Positions 51,278-61,120 of a stretch of 64,000 nucleotides of DNA are shown piece by piece. Within the stretch, counting starts at the first letter, position 1. Every line of letters starts with the position of its first letter. Under the pieces are notes generated by a model. It had not been told where the DNA came from. It worked only from the letters and a program-made list of their open reading frames with translations, and did no database searches. The stretch covers positions 3,520,001 to 3,584,000 of the forward strand of contig OZ243956.1 of assembly GCA_965214405.1 (NCBI GenBank), written 5' to 3'. The position numbers were made by a program, and so were the translations under genes. The stretch comes from Trueperaceae bacterium. GTDB taxonomy: Bacteria > Deinococcota > Deinococci > Deinococcales > Trueperaceae.

Positions 51278-51904
51278 CTAAATCAGAAAGGGATTGTTCC
51301 GGGCCTCCTCCCCAACCGTCGTGGCGGGTCCGTGACCTGGATACACCTTTGTCTCGGGCGGCAGGGTAATGAGTTTTGTTCGGATGCTCTCGAGCAGCCT
51401 CGCATGGTCGCCCCCCGGCAAGTCGGTGCGACCAATCGAACCCTGAAAAAGTGCGTCACCCGCGATAACCACGTCCTCTTCGGGGAGGTAAAACGCGATA
51501 TGTCCCGGCGCGTGTCCGGGTGTAAAGAGACAGCGGGCCTGTAAACTGCCAAGAGTCAGGGTCTGTCCGTCAGAAAGAGGTAAAAAGTTCGTCGGAGGCT
51601 GCTTGAGAGGGATGCCCCAGCGCGCGGCGGACGCGCTCGCGTGCTCGAGCAGCGGCGCGTCGGCGGGATGCAGGTAAAGGGGGACGGGATAGCGCTCTAA
51701 AATATCCGCTACCGCGCCCACATGGTCAAAGTGCGCGTGAGTGAGCCAAACGGCTCGGAGCGTCAAGCCCCGAGTATCCAAAGCCTCGAGCAGCCGCGCG
51801 GCCTCGTCGCCGGGGTCAATCAGCACGGCTTCTTTTGTGCCCAAGTCGGCGAGCAGGTAACAGTTTTCTTGTAAGGGTCCGACGGTGAGGTGCTCGAGTA
51901 TCAT
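51278..51904 (-). CDS. MBL-fold hydrolase (glyoxalase II-like)
   Basis: THAHFDHVG, TPGHAPGH, GDALFQGSIGRTD, PGHG. Confidence 0.9.
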   Translation of the reverse strand: MILEHLTVGPLQENCYLLADLGTKEAVLIDPGDEAARLLEALDTRGLTLRAVWLTHAHFDHVGAVADILERYPVPLYLHPADAPLLEHASASAARWGIPLKQPPTNFLPLSDGQTLTLGSLQARCLFTPGHAPGHIAFYLPEEDVVIAGDALFQGSIGRTDLPGGDHARLLESIRTKLITLPPETKVYPGHGPATTVGEEARNNPFLI

Positions 51905-51918
51905 GCGCCACTCTACCG

Positions 51919-52557
51919 CTAGCGCGAGGCGGCGTTGCGGAGCCAGGTCGAAAGGATGTCGCCGTACATCCTCAAGCGCACCCTAAACCCCCGCCAGAAG
52001 CCCCGCTTTTCCTCCTTCATCACCTGCGACACGCCCGGCAGGAGCACGTCGAGCGTACGCCACCCCCCGTGTCTGGCGGTTTCGGTAATCGCAATCTCGA
52101 CGCCGTAGCGGCTGTAGATGAGGCCGGGCACCTCCAGCAGCTTGGCTCTAAGAAGCGCGCGCTGCCCGTTGAGTTGCGGCGCGAGACGCTGCGCGGTGCT
52201 CGTCGCCCAGCGGCCCCCCACAAAAATACCGCGCGTCATGTCGGCCTCTCCCACCAGAACGGGCGCGGCGAGCGCGCGGATGTGTGCGGGTGTGAGGCCG
52301 GTTAAGTCGGCGTCCAGGAGGATGATAACGTCGGTTTTCAGGTGCTCGGCCCCCACCCAGACCGCGCCCCCTTTACCCAAGTTTTCGGAGAGCGTCAGCA
52401 CCTCCGCCCCGGCGCGTTTGGCGACGCGCGAGGTCGCGTCCGCCGAGCCGTCGTCCACCACCAGCACCGGCCCCAAACGCGCGGCGAGCGCGGTTTTGAC
52501 CACCTCCGCCACCGAGGCCTCTTCGTTAAAAGCCGGAATGAGAATGCCGCAACGCAT
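51919..52557 (-). CDS. Glycosyltransferase family 2
   Basis: IPAFNEE, VVDDGSAD, NLGKGGA, LLDAD. Confidence 0.9.
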   Translation of the reverse strand: MRCGILIPAFNEEASVAEVVKTALAARLGPVLVVDDGSADATSRVAKRAGAEVLTLSENLGKGGAVWVGAEHLKTDVIILLDADLTGLTPAHIRALAAPVLVGEADMTRGIFVGGRWATSTAQRLAPQLNGQRALLRAKLLEVPGLIYSRYGVEIAITETARHGGWRTLDVLLPGVSQVMKEEKRGFWRGFRVRLRMYGDILSTWLRNAASR

Positions 52558-52647
52558 AGGCCCACAGTCTACTCGATTTGAAGGCGCAAGGCTTCTGTAT
52601 CTTCGGTTGTCACGCTGCTGTGAAACGCTCGAGGACGGCTCCGACGC

Positions 52648-53742
52648 TTATCCCCTGGTGACGAGGTCGCCCACCTCACGGAAGGTGATGAGGAAAATAA
52701 ACGCCAGCACCGTCATAAAGCCCAGAAAGTGGATGAATTCCTCTTGTCCCGGCTTGAAGGGCCTGCCGCGCGCGGCGGTGATGACGGCCAGGAGCATCCG
52801 TCCGCCGTCCAGACCCGGAATAGGCAGCAGGTTGAAAATGGCGAGTGAGAAGTTGAGCAGGCCAGCAATCCAAAGTACGGGGATGATTCCAATGCGCGCC
52901 GCTTGACCCACAAAATTGACAATCTGAACGGGTCCCGCAACGTCATCACTTTGCGCGCCTGTAACCGCCGCGCCGAAGCCTCTGAAGAAACCTCCTACTG
53001 ATTCGGGAACAAAGCGAACCAAAAAAGTGGTCGCCTCGGCCACGGCGGAGGGAAAAGAAATGGCGGGCGGAGGTTCTAATGGCACAGCGCCGTGCGCGAT
53101 ACCAAAAAGAGGTCGGCTACCGTCGGGATTAGGCGCAGGGCTCCAAAGCGTCTCGAGCACCACCGTCTCGCCGCCGCGGTCCAGAGTGAATTGAAGCGTT
53201 CCGCCCCCCCTAACAGCTTGCACCAGCTCATCCGGCGATGGCGTTTGTATACCGTTAAGCTCAAGGATACGGTCTCCGGGCTCGAGGCCCAAACGCGCAG
53301 CAGCGGACTCGTCCGTTACGGCCCCGATCTCAGTAATGGTTGGCATCTGAATACCCGCTGTGGCCGCGCGGTACGTGGGGTCGGCAGTAATAACAATCGC
53401 CACCAGCAGCACCGCCAGCACAAAGTTAGCCAGCACGCCGCCCACCAATACCCAAAGCTTTTGGGGCAGAGTTTTGGTCGAAAAACCTCCCTCTGGGTAG
53501 CGCAGCGTCCCGTCCTCACCGGGTTCGGCGGCCAATCCCGGCAGGTCTACATAACCGCCGATGGGCAGCAGCGACAAACGCCATTCGGTCCCCCGCCAAG
53601 GACGGCGCAACAAAATGGGTCCCATGCCGACGGAAAAAGCGCGTACGCTCACCCCGACGCTTCTGGCGTTGAGATAGTGCGCCAGCTCGTGAATAAGGAC
53701 CGACACGGTTAGGATGGCTAAAAAAGTTACCGCAGTGAGCAT
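52648..53742 (-). CDS. rseP: M50 site-2 zinc metalloprotease with PDZ domain (RseP-like)
   Basis: HELAH, FSVGMGP, PIGGYV, NLLPIPGLDGG. Confidence 0.88.
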   Translation of the reverse strand: MLTAVTFLAILTVSVLIHELAHYLNARSVGVSVRAFSVGMGPILLRRPWRGTEWRLSLLPIGGYVDLPGLAAEPGEDGTLRYPEGGFSTKTLPQKLWVLVGGVLANFVLAVLLVAIVITADPTYRAATAGIQMPTITEIGAVTDESAAARLGLEPGDRILELNGIQTPSPDELVQAVRGGGTLQFTLDRGGETVVLETLWSPAPNPDGSRPLFGIAHGAVPLEPPPAISFPSAVAEATTFLVRFVPESVGGFFRGFGAAVTGAQSDDVAGPVQIVNFVGQAARIGIIPVLWIAGLLNFSLAIFNLLPIPGLDGGRMLLAVITAARGRPFKPGQEEFIHFLGFMTVLAFIFLITFREVGDLVTRG

Positions 53743-54018
53743 GATGTCTCGCTCGTTATTGTCATCTTTTCAGTATGCCCCCTCGAGGGCGTTCTGCTTG
53801 TTAGCTGACCCACGGAAGGGAGCCTTCATACATACAAATACCGCTCGACGCCTCCTCTAAGAGTAACGTCGTCTGTTAAACCATCGTTAAACCCCAGCCA
53901 AATTCTGGAATACCCACTGAGCCAGTTTTGAAGATGCGCAGGACTCCGCTTCACAGATTCTTCTTGTACCTCTTTTTCCTTTCTCCTTTAGCCCTTGCTA
54001 GTGCGACTCATCTAAACA

Positions 54019-54417
54019 TTACGGATTTGCGTTTGCAACAGTCACGTCACGAGCACTAACGATGAAATTCACGGTTTTCGTGAGTTCTCCCGGTTTTGAG
54101 TAGAGCGTAAGGGTAACGCCACGCATCCCTCTCGCATCTTCTGGGATTTCTATAGCGTAAGTGACGTAAACGCTGTCAAGATAAGAGGTGATCCGGCGGT
54201 TGTTGCTTTGCCGTACATTCGTGACCTCAAAAACGATTTCTTGGCGGGCTATTTTCGCGTTCCAATGCTCGGGGATGTCTTGCCTCCTGAGGCTGAGCCA
54301 ATTCACCCTGGATTTTAATATATTGCCTTTCCGCGTTGAGTCATCAAATTCAGGGCCGACCTTAGCAATGTCGTCCTCACTAATGCCTAGCTCTTCATCG
54401 CTGTAACGGTCAAACAC
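54019..54417 (-). pseudogene. Probable 5'-truncated gene abutting the IS end
   Basis: ORF begins 1 nt from the IS inverted repeat with no RBS; lower GC. Confidence 0.5.
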
Positions 54418-54441
54418 TGGGTGCAGCCCGCTAGTGTCGGA

Positions 54442-55540
54442 TTAAGCCGGGGCAGGGTAAGCGAGGTGCCTGAGCTGCCCAAAGTCAATGAGGGAATGTT
54501 TGGCACAGGTCTGGGCACGCAAAGAGGCCATACTGGCAGCACCTTGTTTGGACCAGTGCATCCCGCTTCTTTTCATACGGTTTCCGATAACGGCTTTGTT
54601 CATCCCTTCGATTTGCCCTGAACCGATGGGATAGCCTTTTTCTGTGAACCGAGCATAATCCATACTGTCAAGCCGGGTTTCAAGATACTTTAGAGCAGTT
54701 TGCGCTTTGTCATCCCAGGTGAGCCAGACCTCGGGTTTAGGAAGGTGGTGAGCGAGCCAGTCACGGGCGTTGAGCTGACCCCGATACCAGTCACAGCGGT
54801 GGCGCGTTCTTAGGTCTTCATCCCAAGCCAGTGCTTGCATGATGGTGTCGAGGTACTGAGTGGCGTGGTAGACGTCGGTGATTCTTACGGCGTCGAGATG
54901 ACAAAAGATGTTGTCAATCCAAACGGCTCCATCACCCAAACCGAGCAGCGTATCCGCGGGGGTGACTCCGGCTTCGTTGAGTAAACCCGCCACGAGCGTG
55001 ACAAAGTCTTCGGCACAGCAGCGTTCGGCCAACATCCAGCGCTGACTCGGAGCGGCTTGCGGATAAAGTACGGCTGTTTTGAGTTCCAGGCCAGGACATA
55101 GCCCCTGTTCAGGTTGCCCTAAGACGTAGACGCCGTCCATTTGCAACACCATGACGCGTCCTTGTCGGCGTGCCGCTTCAGGCTCTGAACAAGACAACAG
55201 TCTGTCTGCCACCTCGGCTCGACACGCCTCAGCGTAGGGGCGTTGCAAGCGGTCTAATTCTGACGAGCTAATCCTCAGGCCGAAGTTGCGCGCGATGTAA
55301 GCGCCTTCTTCTAAGGGCACGCGCGCTGCTAAGTCGGTCAGGCAAGCTAAGGCTTTGGGCGTCCAGCCCGAATGGTCTAAGCGTCTATCGAGGATAGCTT
55401 GTTTGGCTCGACCCTCTCTATCAACCAGCCTTTGTACCTCGACATAGACCCGGCCCCACAAGTGCTTAACCGCGCAGCGACGTTTGCCGTTACCCCAATA
55501 GCCTTCAGGTACTTCTCTTTTGTGCTCGGGGGGAAAAGCT
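54442..55540 (-). CDS. Transposase, catalytic part (ORF B)
   Basis: QMDG, GDGAVWI, DVYHA, PIGSGQIEGMNK..IGNRMKRSGMHW motifs. Confidence 0.85.
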
Positions 55541-55720
55541 CCGGCTATCTGCCAGAGCTTGCATAGTCTCACTCATCATCGCTTGATAATGCGCCAGCAT
55601 CGCCGTCTCAACCTCGGCTACACCCGCATCTTCGGGTAGGTCTCGTTCCAAAGCTTCTAAGTACCTGCCAAACGCTTCCTTCGCCCGTTCTTTCCAATCA
55701 CCTGTCTGGCTCGTTTTCAT
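55505..55720 (-). CDS. Transposase N-terminal ORF A
   Basis: 71 aa; TAGAAT -10 lies 5 nt before ATG; overlaps ORF B across TTTTCCCCCC. Confidence 0.7.
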   Translation of the reverse strand: MKTSQTGDWKERAKEAFGRYLEALERDLPEDAGVAEVETAMLAHYQAMMSETMQALADSRSFSPRAQKRST

Positions 55721-55777
55721 CCGCCATTCTACCGCTGCTACGCCCCTTTTTCTATCCGCCTATTTGGGGTTGCACCC

Positions 55778-57223
55778 CACCTCTAGGTAATAGGTGCCGG
55801 GTAGGAGATAAGATGTAAAAGGTCCGTCTGCGTATTCACTCTTCCCGTACGCCTGCTCGGTAGCGTCGTAAAGCGCGTATCCCGGTTTGAACAAGGAGTT
55901 GTCGGACGCCACAGGAGGAGCGCTGACACTCACCATCTGGGCCTCACTCACCGTAAACTTGAACCAGTCAGCATCATAAGGAGACAAGAACAGGTCGCTC
56001 CTGAAATCGAGCGTGATGGGTTTGGCCTCGGCCAGGCTGTTGTTGGGCTCGAACGCGGCGTCGGGTAGCGGGGAAGCCGTCATCGAGAGCGCGTAAGCCG
56101 TCGGACCTCCGTAAACCTGGACGAAGTATGTGCCCGCCCGCAGCTCTACGGGTTGCTCGTAGAGGTTGAACCTGTTCGACTCGCTGTCGTAGAGCGTGTA
56201 GTACGCGCCACCTTCATCCGTAAGAGAAGCGGTGAAGAGTTTGGGTTCGGTGAGCGTGAAGGTAAACCAATCCTGGTCCCCGTCGCCTAAATAAAGCTGC
56301 GTTTTTGGGAAATCCAGAGTGACTTTGGTGGCCTGCTCCTTGGTGTTGTTAGGTTCAAAGGCGCTGTCCGTCGCTTTAACAGCCTCGACTTTCACGCTAT
56401 ATAGCCCATTCCGGGAGCCCGTTGGACCATCCTGCGAGCTATTGATGTGGATGTAGTGCTTGCCCGGCAGCAAGCTCAGGGTTATGACGCCTTTGTTGCT
56501 CTGGGTTTCAAGGCGGTGGGTCTCGAGCCGATTTGCCGTGAGGTTTTTGGTGAGGTCTTCAGGCGTCAGGAAAGCGACGTCAAAGTCGAGGACGGAACGC
56601 AGCTCGATCGACACCGTCACAACCGACGTCTCTCCGAGCTCGAAAGCGAGCCAGTCCTCGTCACCCGGCGTCAAACTCAGTTCATAGGTGCTCCCCAGCT
56701 TGAGGAGGGTGGCTTGGTTGCTGCTGTCGTTTGCCTCCAAGCCGTCGGGGTTGACGGTGTCGAGACGGGGAATCAGGTTTAAGTTCAAGAGCCAAGCGTC
56801 GAAGGTACCGTCGGGGCATCTCTGCTCGAGTTCATCTTCCAAGGTGCCCGTGAGCGTGTTGGCCCGCCAGTCGAGCGAAACCCGGTGGCTTCGGTTGTTG
56901 CCGTAGCGGTCGACAAGCTTGACTTGGCCCGTGACTTTGCTTCCTTTTAGTTCGCCGTCAAACGAGCCCGCACCCTCGGTTCCGTCCCAAAGGTCGACAA
57001 AGGTGACGCTACCCCTAAGACGGTTTTGCTCACGTTTTAAGGTTAGCTCGACGCTCGAGTCGGTGGTCGCTTCGCCCTCACAAATGCTGCCTTGGGAAGC
57101 GTAGTCCAGCCACAGGCCGTCTAGCGTTGCCTCGGGTTGCTCAGAACGGGTGGGCGCGGCGCCGGGGCTCGAGCAAGCGCCCAACAAAACGACAGCCAAG
57201 GATAATGCCAAAACGTTTTTCAT
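55778..57223 (-). pseudogene. Lipoprotein with repeated PPC-like beta-sandwich domains, 3'-truncated by the IS
   Basis: Lipobox LGAC; three D..E(P/A)N(N/D)...A...D.DW..F...PG.Y repeats; last codons GCNPK derive from the IS IR. Confidence 0.75.
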
Positions 57224-57444
57224 TCATAACCTTTGGTGCTCTTCGGGGGACAGGTCCGGAGCCGCCTTGTGCGGTGGCCCGGCCGAGCGGTAGTTGCCCT
57301 TCGCCATCATAGGTGAGACGCAAAAGCTGCGGTGTGAAGTTTTTTAACGGTAGATTTTGTCGCTACTGGCGCTGGTAACGGTGGTAGTCCGGGTTTGTCT
57401 GAACTCCCACACATCTTATCTTTCTACCTTTCCCACTACCTCCA

Positions 57445-59004
57445 CTACTCAGCGTCCGGCCTCCGGCTCGGCGTCACGTAGACGGTCTTCTGCTGGCTAA
57501 AGTGAACCGCGCCGGGGGGCGCGCCCTTGGGTTTCCAGACGTTCTTGCGCAAGGTGTAGTCCACGGGAACGTTGTCGGACTCGCCCGCCTTGGAGTAGGC
57601 GGCGGCGAGCTGGGCGGCGTAGAGCACCGTCTCGAAAGGGACCTCGCTATTTTCGGCCTGAATGACGACGTGCGAGCCGGGGTAGCCCTGCGCGTGGAGC
57701 CACAAGTCGCGGCTCCGGGCGAGCTTAAAGGTGACCGTGTCGTTGTCGCGGGCGTTGCGCCCGACGAGCACCCGGTAGCCCTGCGGGCTCTTGTAGCGGA
57801 TACCGGGCTCGGTGCGGTGCTGGGTCTTGGGCTTTTTCACGTGGATGTCGGCCAGAGCGTTAAGTTCATCCGTGTTCAAATCTCCCAACGACGCCAACAA
57901 CCCCTCCACCTCCACAAGCTCCCCCACCAGGTCCTCCTCGCGGCGTTCGGCCCCGGTAAGCCTCGCCTCACGCTTTTTGGCCCGCTCATATAAGCGCTGC
58001 GCGTTCTCGACCGCGCTCCGTTGGGGCTCGAGCGCCAGCGTCAGCGGCTTGCCCTCAAAGTCGGTCAAGGTGACTTCGCTTGCATTGGGGACTACCTGGT
58101 GCTGAAACGCCATCAGCACGTCCGCCTGCCCTCGCAAAACGTCCGCCTCCCCCGCCGCCTGCCGCGTGCGGTTGATGTCCTCGAGCCGCTTTTCTACCAG
58201 CTTCCGCTTTTCCGACAGCGCGCTCCGCAGCCGCTGCAGCGTCACCTCGCGCGCTTCGGCCTGCCGCAGCGTCTCCACATCAGGGAGCGAGAGCACCGCC
58301 CGCATAGTCGCGCTCGGTTCCTCGACAACGCGGCGCAGGGTCGGCAAGAGCGCGTCCATATCCTCTTTGCTTAGCACTCGAGAGCGCGGCACCCCGGCGG
58401 CCAGCTCGAGCGTACGGGACAAGTCCGACCCGAACCCGTCCACGAGGCTGCGGATATTTTTGAGCTTCTCCCCCACCAGCACCTCGCTCATCTCTTCGTC
58501 GGACGCCCCGCGCGGGTCGAGTTTTTCATAGGGCGGCGGCGGCTCGTAAGGGATGCCCGGCCCGAGTTGGCGAAAGCGGTTGATGTCGCGCGTCACCTCT
58601 CGAGCCACGCCCAGAATCAGCCCGTCCGGGTCGGTCAAGATGAGATTACAGTTGCGCCCGGTGAGTTCGGCCACGAGCACGACCGGGTCGGTACGCACGA
58701 AGCCCTCCGCGCCCTCGAAGTAAAACTTCGCCACCCGGTCAAGCTTGAGCTGTTCCGCGCCCTCGAGCCGTCCCCCCGCCCGCGCGACCAAGAGGTCCTG
58801 AAAGCCGCTGTGGGTTCCTCCTGGCGGTGGCATCTCCCGTTGATACGCCAAACGCGCGTTGGGCGGCTTGTTGTAGAGCCACAGCGCGCCCGTTTTTAGG
58901 GGCAGCACAAAGGTGTGGGCGTCGGGAAAACGCCAGGACAGTCGCGCCGAGGGGAGCTGGGGCTCGAGCGCGCGCAGAACTTCGGCAATGAGTAAGCCTT
59001 CCAT
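57445..59004 (-). CDS. rqcH: NFACT family protein, RqcH/Rqc2 (FbpA-like)
   Basis: LDRV, ELTGRNCNLIL, ENAQRLYERAKK, VGRNARDND, WLHAQGYPGSHV, VDYT, KPKGAPPG. Confidence 0.88.
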   Translation of the reverse strand: MEGLLIAEVLRALEPQLPSARLSWRFPDAHTFVLPLKTGALWLYNKPPNARLAYQREMPPPGGTHSGFQDLLVARAGGRLEGAEQLKLDRVAKFYFEGAEGFVRTDPVVLVAELTGRNCNLILTDPDGLILGVAREVTRDINRFRQLGPGIPYEPPPPYEKLDPRGASDEEMSEVLVGEKLKNIRSLVDGFGSDLSRTLELAAGVPRSRVLSKEDMDALLPTLRRVVEEPSATMRAVLSLPDVETLRQAEAREVTLQRLRSALSEKRKLVEKRLEDINRTRQAAGEADVLRGQADVLMAFQHQVVPNASEVTLTDFEGKPLTLALEPQRSAVENAQRLYERAKKREARLTGAERREEDLVGELVEVEGLLASLGDLNTDELNALADIHVKKPKTQHRTEPGIRYKSPQGYRVLVGRNARDNDTVTFKLARSRDLWLHAQGYPGSHVVIQAENSEVPFETVLYAAQLAAAYSKAGESDNVPVDYTLRKNVWKPKGAPPGAVHFSQQKTVYVTPSRRPDAE

Positions 59005-59190
59005 CCCTCCAGTCTAAGCCCTTTTACAAAACGCTCTTTCGCACGACGCAACGCGCCGAGGCTCCCTTGCTATACTCCTTTGTTGACTTTGACGGCTCGA
59101 GCGCACACAGTACGCGCTAAGTATCACCCGTTCACAACACCGCAAACTCAGGAGTGTGTACATGTCAGGAAACAAATTGTCAGGCAGCCC

Positions 59191-60276
59191 GTGTTAGGCA
59201 TCGGCATCGTGGGACTGCCCAACGTCGGCAAGAGCACGCTTTTCAACGCCATCACCAAGGCGGGGGTCGAGGCGGCGAACTATCCCTTTGCGACGATTGA
59301 CAAAAACGTCGGTGTGGTCGCCGTGCCCGATGAACGCTTGGAGGCGCTTAAAAAGCTTTACATTAAAGGTGCCAAGGTGCCGCCCGTGGTGCCTACGACG
59401 GTCGAATTTGTGGATATCGCGGGGCTTGTCAAAGGGGCGAGTCAGGGCGAGGGGCTGGGTAACCAGTTTCTTGCCAACATCCGCGAGGTCTCGGCGATCG
59501 CCCACGTGGTGCGCTGTTTTGACGACCCCAACGTCGTCCACGTGGCGGGAGAGGTGGACCCGCTGGGCGACATTGAAACCATCAACACCGAGCTTGCGCT
59601 GGCAGATTTGGCGAGTTTGGAACGCCGCACCGACAGGCTTCGCCGCTCCGCCAAGTCAAATAAAGACGACGCGGAGGCCTTGGCGGCGGCTGAAGCGGTG
59701 CTCGAGAGCCTCTCCCAGGGCGTAAGCGCGCGGCGCAGCGGGCTCGAGCTGCCCGCGGACTTTAACCTGCTCACCGCCAAGCCCGTTATCTACGTCTGCA
59801 ACGTGTCCGAAGACAACGTGGTGGACGGCAACGCCTATGTGGACAGAGTGCGCGAGCTCGCCGCGTCGGAAGACGCGGAGGTGGTCGTGATTTCGGCCAA
59901 GATCGAAGGTGAGTTGGGCGAGCTGGGTGACGAGGAAGCCCTGGAGTTTCTTCACGACTTAGGACTCAGCGAACCCGGCTTAAACCGCCTCATCCGCAAG
60001 AGTTACGACGTGCTCGAGCTGCTCACCTTTTTGACCGCGGGCGAAAAAGAGGTGCGCGCCTGGACGGTCACGAAGGGGGCCAAAGCGCCGCAGGCCGCGG
60101 GCGAAATCCACACCGACTTCGAACGAGGCTTTATCCGCGCCGAGGTCATCGGCTGGGACAAACTCGTCGAGGCGGGCGGCGTCCCGCAGGCCAAGTCTAG
60201 GGGCTGGGTCCGCACCGAGGGCAAGGAATACCGGGTGCAAGACGGCGATGTGATGAACTTTTTGTTTAACGTATAG
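59191..60276 (+). CDS. ychF: Redox-regulated ribosome-binding ATPase YchF
   Basis: [60 protein letters not shown]; start uncertain (GTG 59191). Confidence 0.95.
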   Translation: MLGIGIVGLPNVGKSTLFNAITKAGVEAANYPFATIDKNVGVVAVPDERLEALKKLYIKGAKVPPVVPTTVEFVDIAGLVKGASQGEGLGNQFLANIREVSAIAHVVRCFDDPNVVHVAGEVDPLGDIETINTELALADLASLERRTDRLRRSAKSNKDDAEALAAAEAVLESLSQGVSARRSGLELPADFNLLTAKPVIYVCNVSEDNVVDGNAYVDRVRELAASEDAEVVVISAKIEGELGELGDEEALEFLHDLGLSEPGLNRLIRKSYDVLELLTFLTAGEKEVRAWTVTKGAKAPQAAGEIHTDFERGFIRAEVIGWDKLVEAGGVPQAKSRGWVRTEGKEYRVQDGDVMNFLFNV

Positions 60277-60389
60277 GGGTTTGGAGCAGGGAGGAAAGGG
60301 CCGAGTTTAGCGTGGGCTTTTTGGTACTCAGGATTTGGTCCTTTTCTCTCCTCCCCCAAAGGCCTCAATCCTGATGGTAAGCTGCTTTT

Positions 60390-61109
60390 ATGCCCGTCGA
60401 AGTCCTCTCCTACCGTCTCGCGCTGCGCGGCAAACCGGTGGGGAGTCTTGTGCTGCGGACGCTTTTGCAGGGGCGGGTGGTGGCGCTCGAGTCCCGCCTC
60501 GCCTTACAAGGCGCGGGAGGGGACTTGAGCGGCGGGGTGGTGCAGACGAGCCGGTTGCAGCTCGGCTCCGGGGGCGAACCCCCCCGCAGCCTGCACTTTC
60601 ATGAAGAGATCTTGGACCGGGGCGAAACGCGGCGCTTCGACGTGCGTTTCGACGCCGATGCGGGCCTTGTCAAGGCCACGCGGGGCTCGGGGGACACGGC
60701 CCAGACGCCCTACCTCCTGCCCTACCTGGACCCCTTAAGCCTCCTCTGGCGGGTGCGGCATTTTGAGAGCGCGACGTCCCTCCGCGTGCCGATGCTCGGG
60801 AAGGAGGTGGTCGTTGAGCGCCTGGGGGACATGCGCCTCGAGACGACCTCCGGCGAGCGTGAGGCCGACGTTTTCTCTCTTCGTCCGGGCGGCGCGTTCG
60901 TCTACGTGGACAAGGCGGCCCCGCACCACCTTCTCAAACTCACTCAGCCCGTAGAAGACGCGCATCTGAACGCGTTTCTCGTTAGGGTAGACGAAGAGGA
61001 CGCATTAGACGCGCCACCAAAGGTACCCTCAAAGCCGATGGCGGCAAAAGAGAGCGAGCGGCGCGGTAAACGGCCCCGCCGCCGTCGCCGGGGCCGCCGC
61101 AAACCCTAA
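60390..61109 (+). CDS. Hypothetical beta-rich protein with basic C-terminal tail
   Basis: 239-aa ORF; TAAGCT -10 lies 6 nt before ATG; YLDPLSLL motif reminiscent of DUF3108. Confidence 0.7.
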   Translation: MPVEVLSYRLALRGKPVGSLVLRTLLQGRVVALESRLALQGAGGDLSGGVVQTSRLQLGSGGEPPRSLHFHEEILDRGETRRFDVRFDADAGLVKATRGSGDTAQTPYLLPYLDPLSLLWRVRHFESATSLRVPMLGKEVVVERLGDMRLETTSGEREADVFSLRPGGAFVYVDKAAPHHLLKLTQPVEDAHLNAFLVRVDEEDALDAPPKVPSKPMAAKESERRGKRPRRRRRGRRKP

Positions 61110-61120
61110 GAAAGCAACCC

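Larger units (their letters stand above)
54419..55777 (-). mobile_element. ISKra4-like (Mutator-related DDE) insertion sequence, about 1.36 kb
   Basis: Terminal IRs GGGTGCAGCCC (54419-54429) and GGGTTGCACCC (55767-55777) enclosing the transposase ORFs. Confidence 0.82.
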
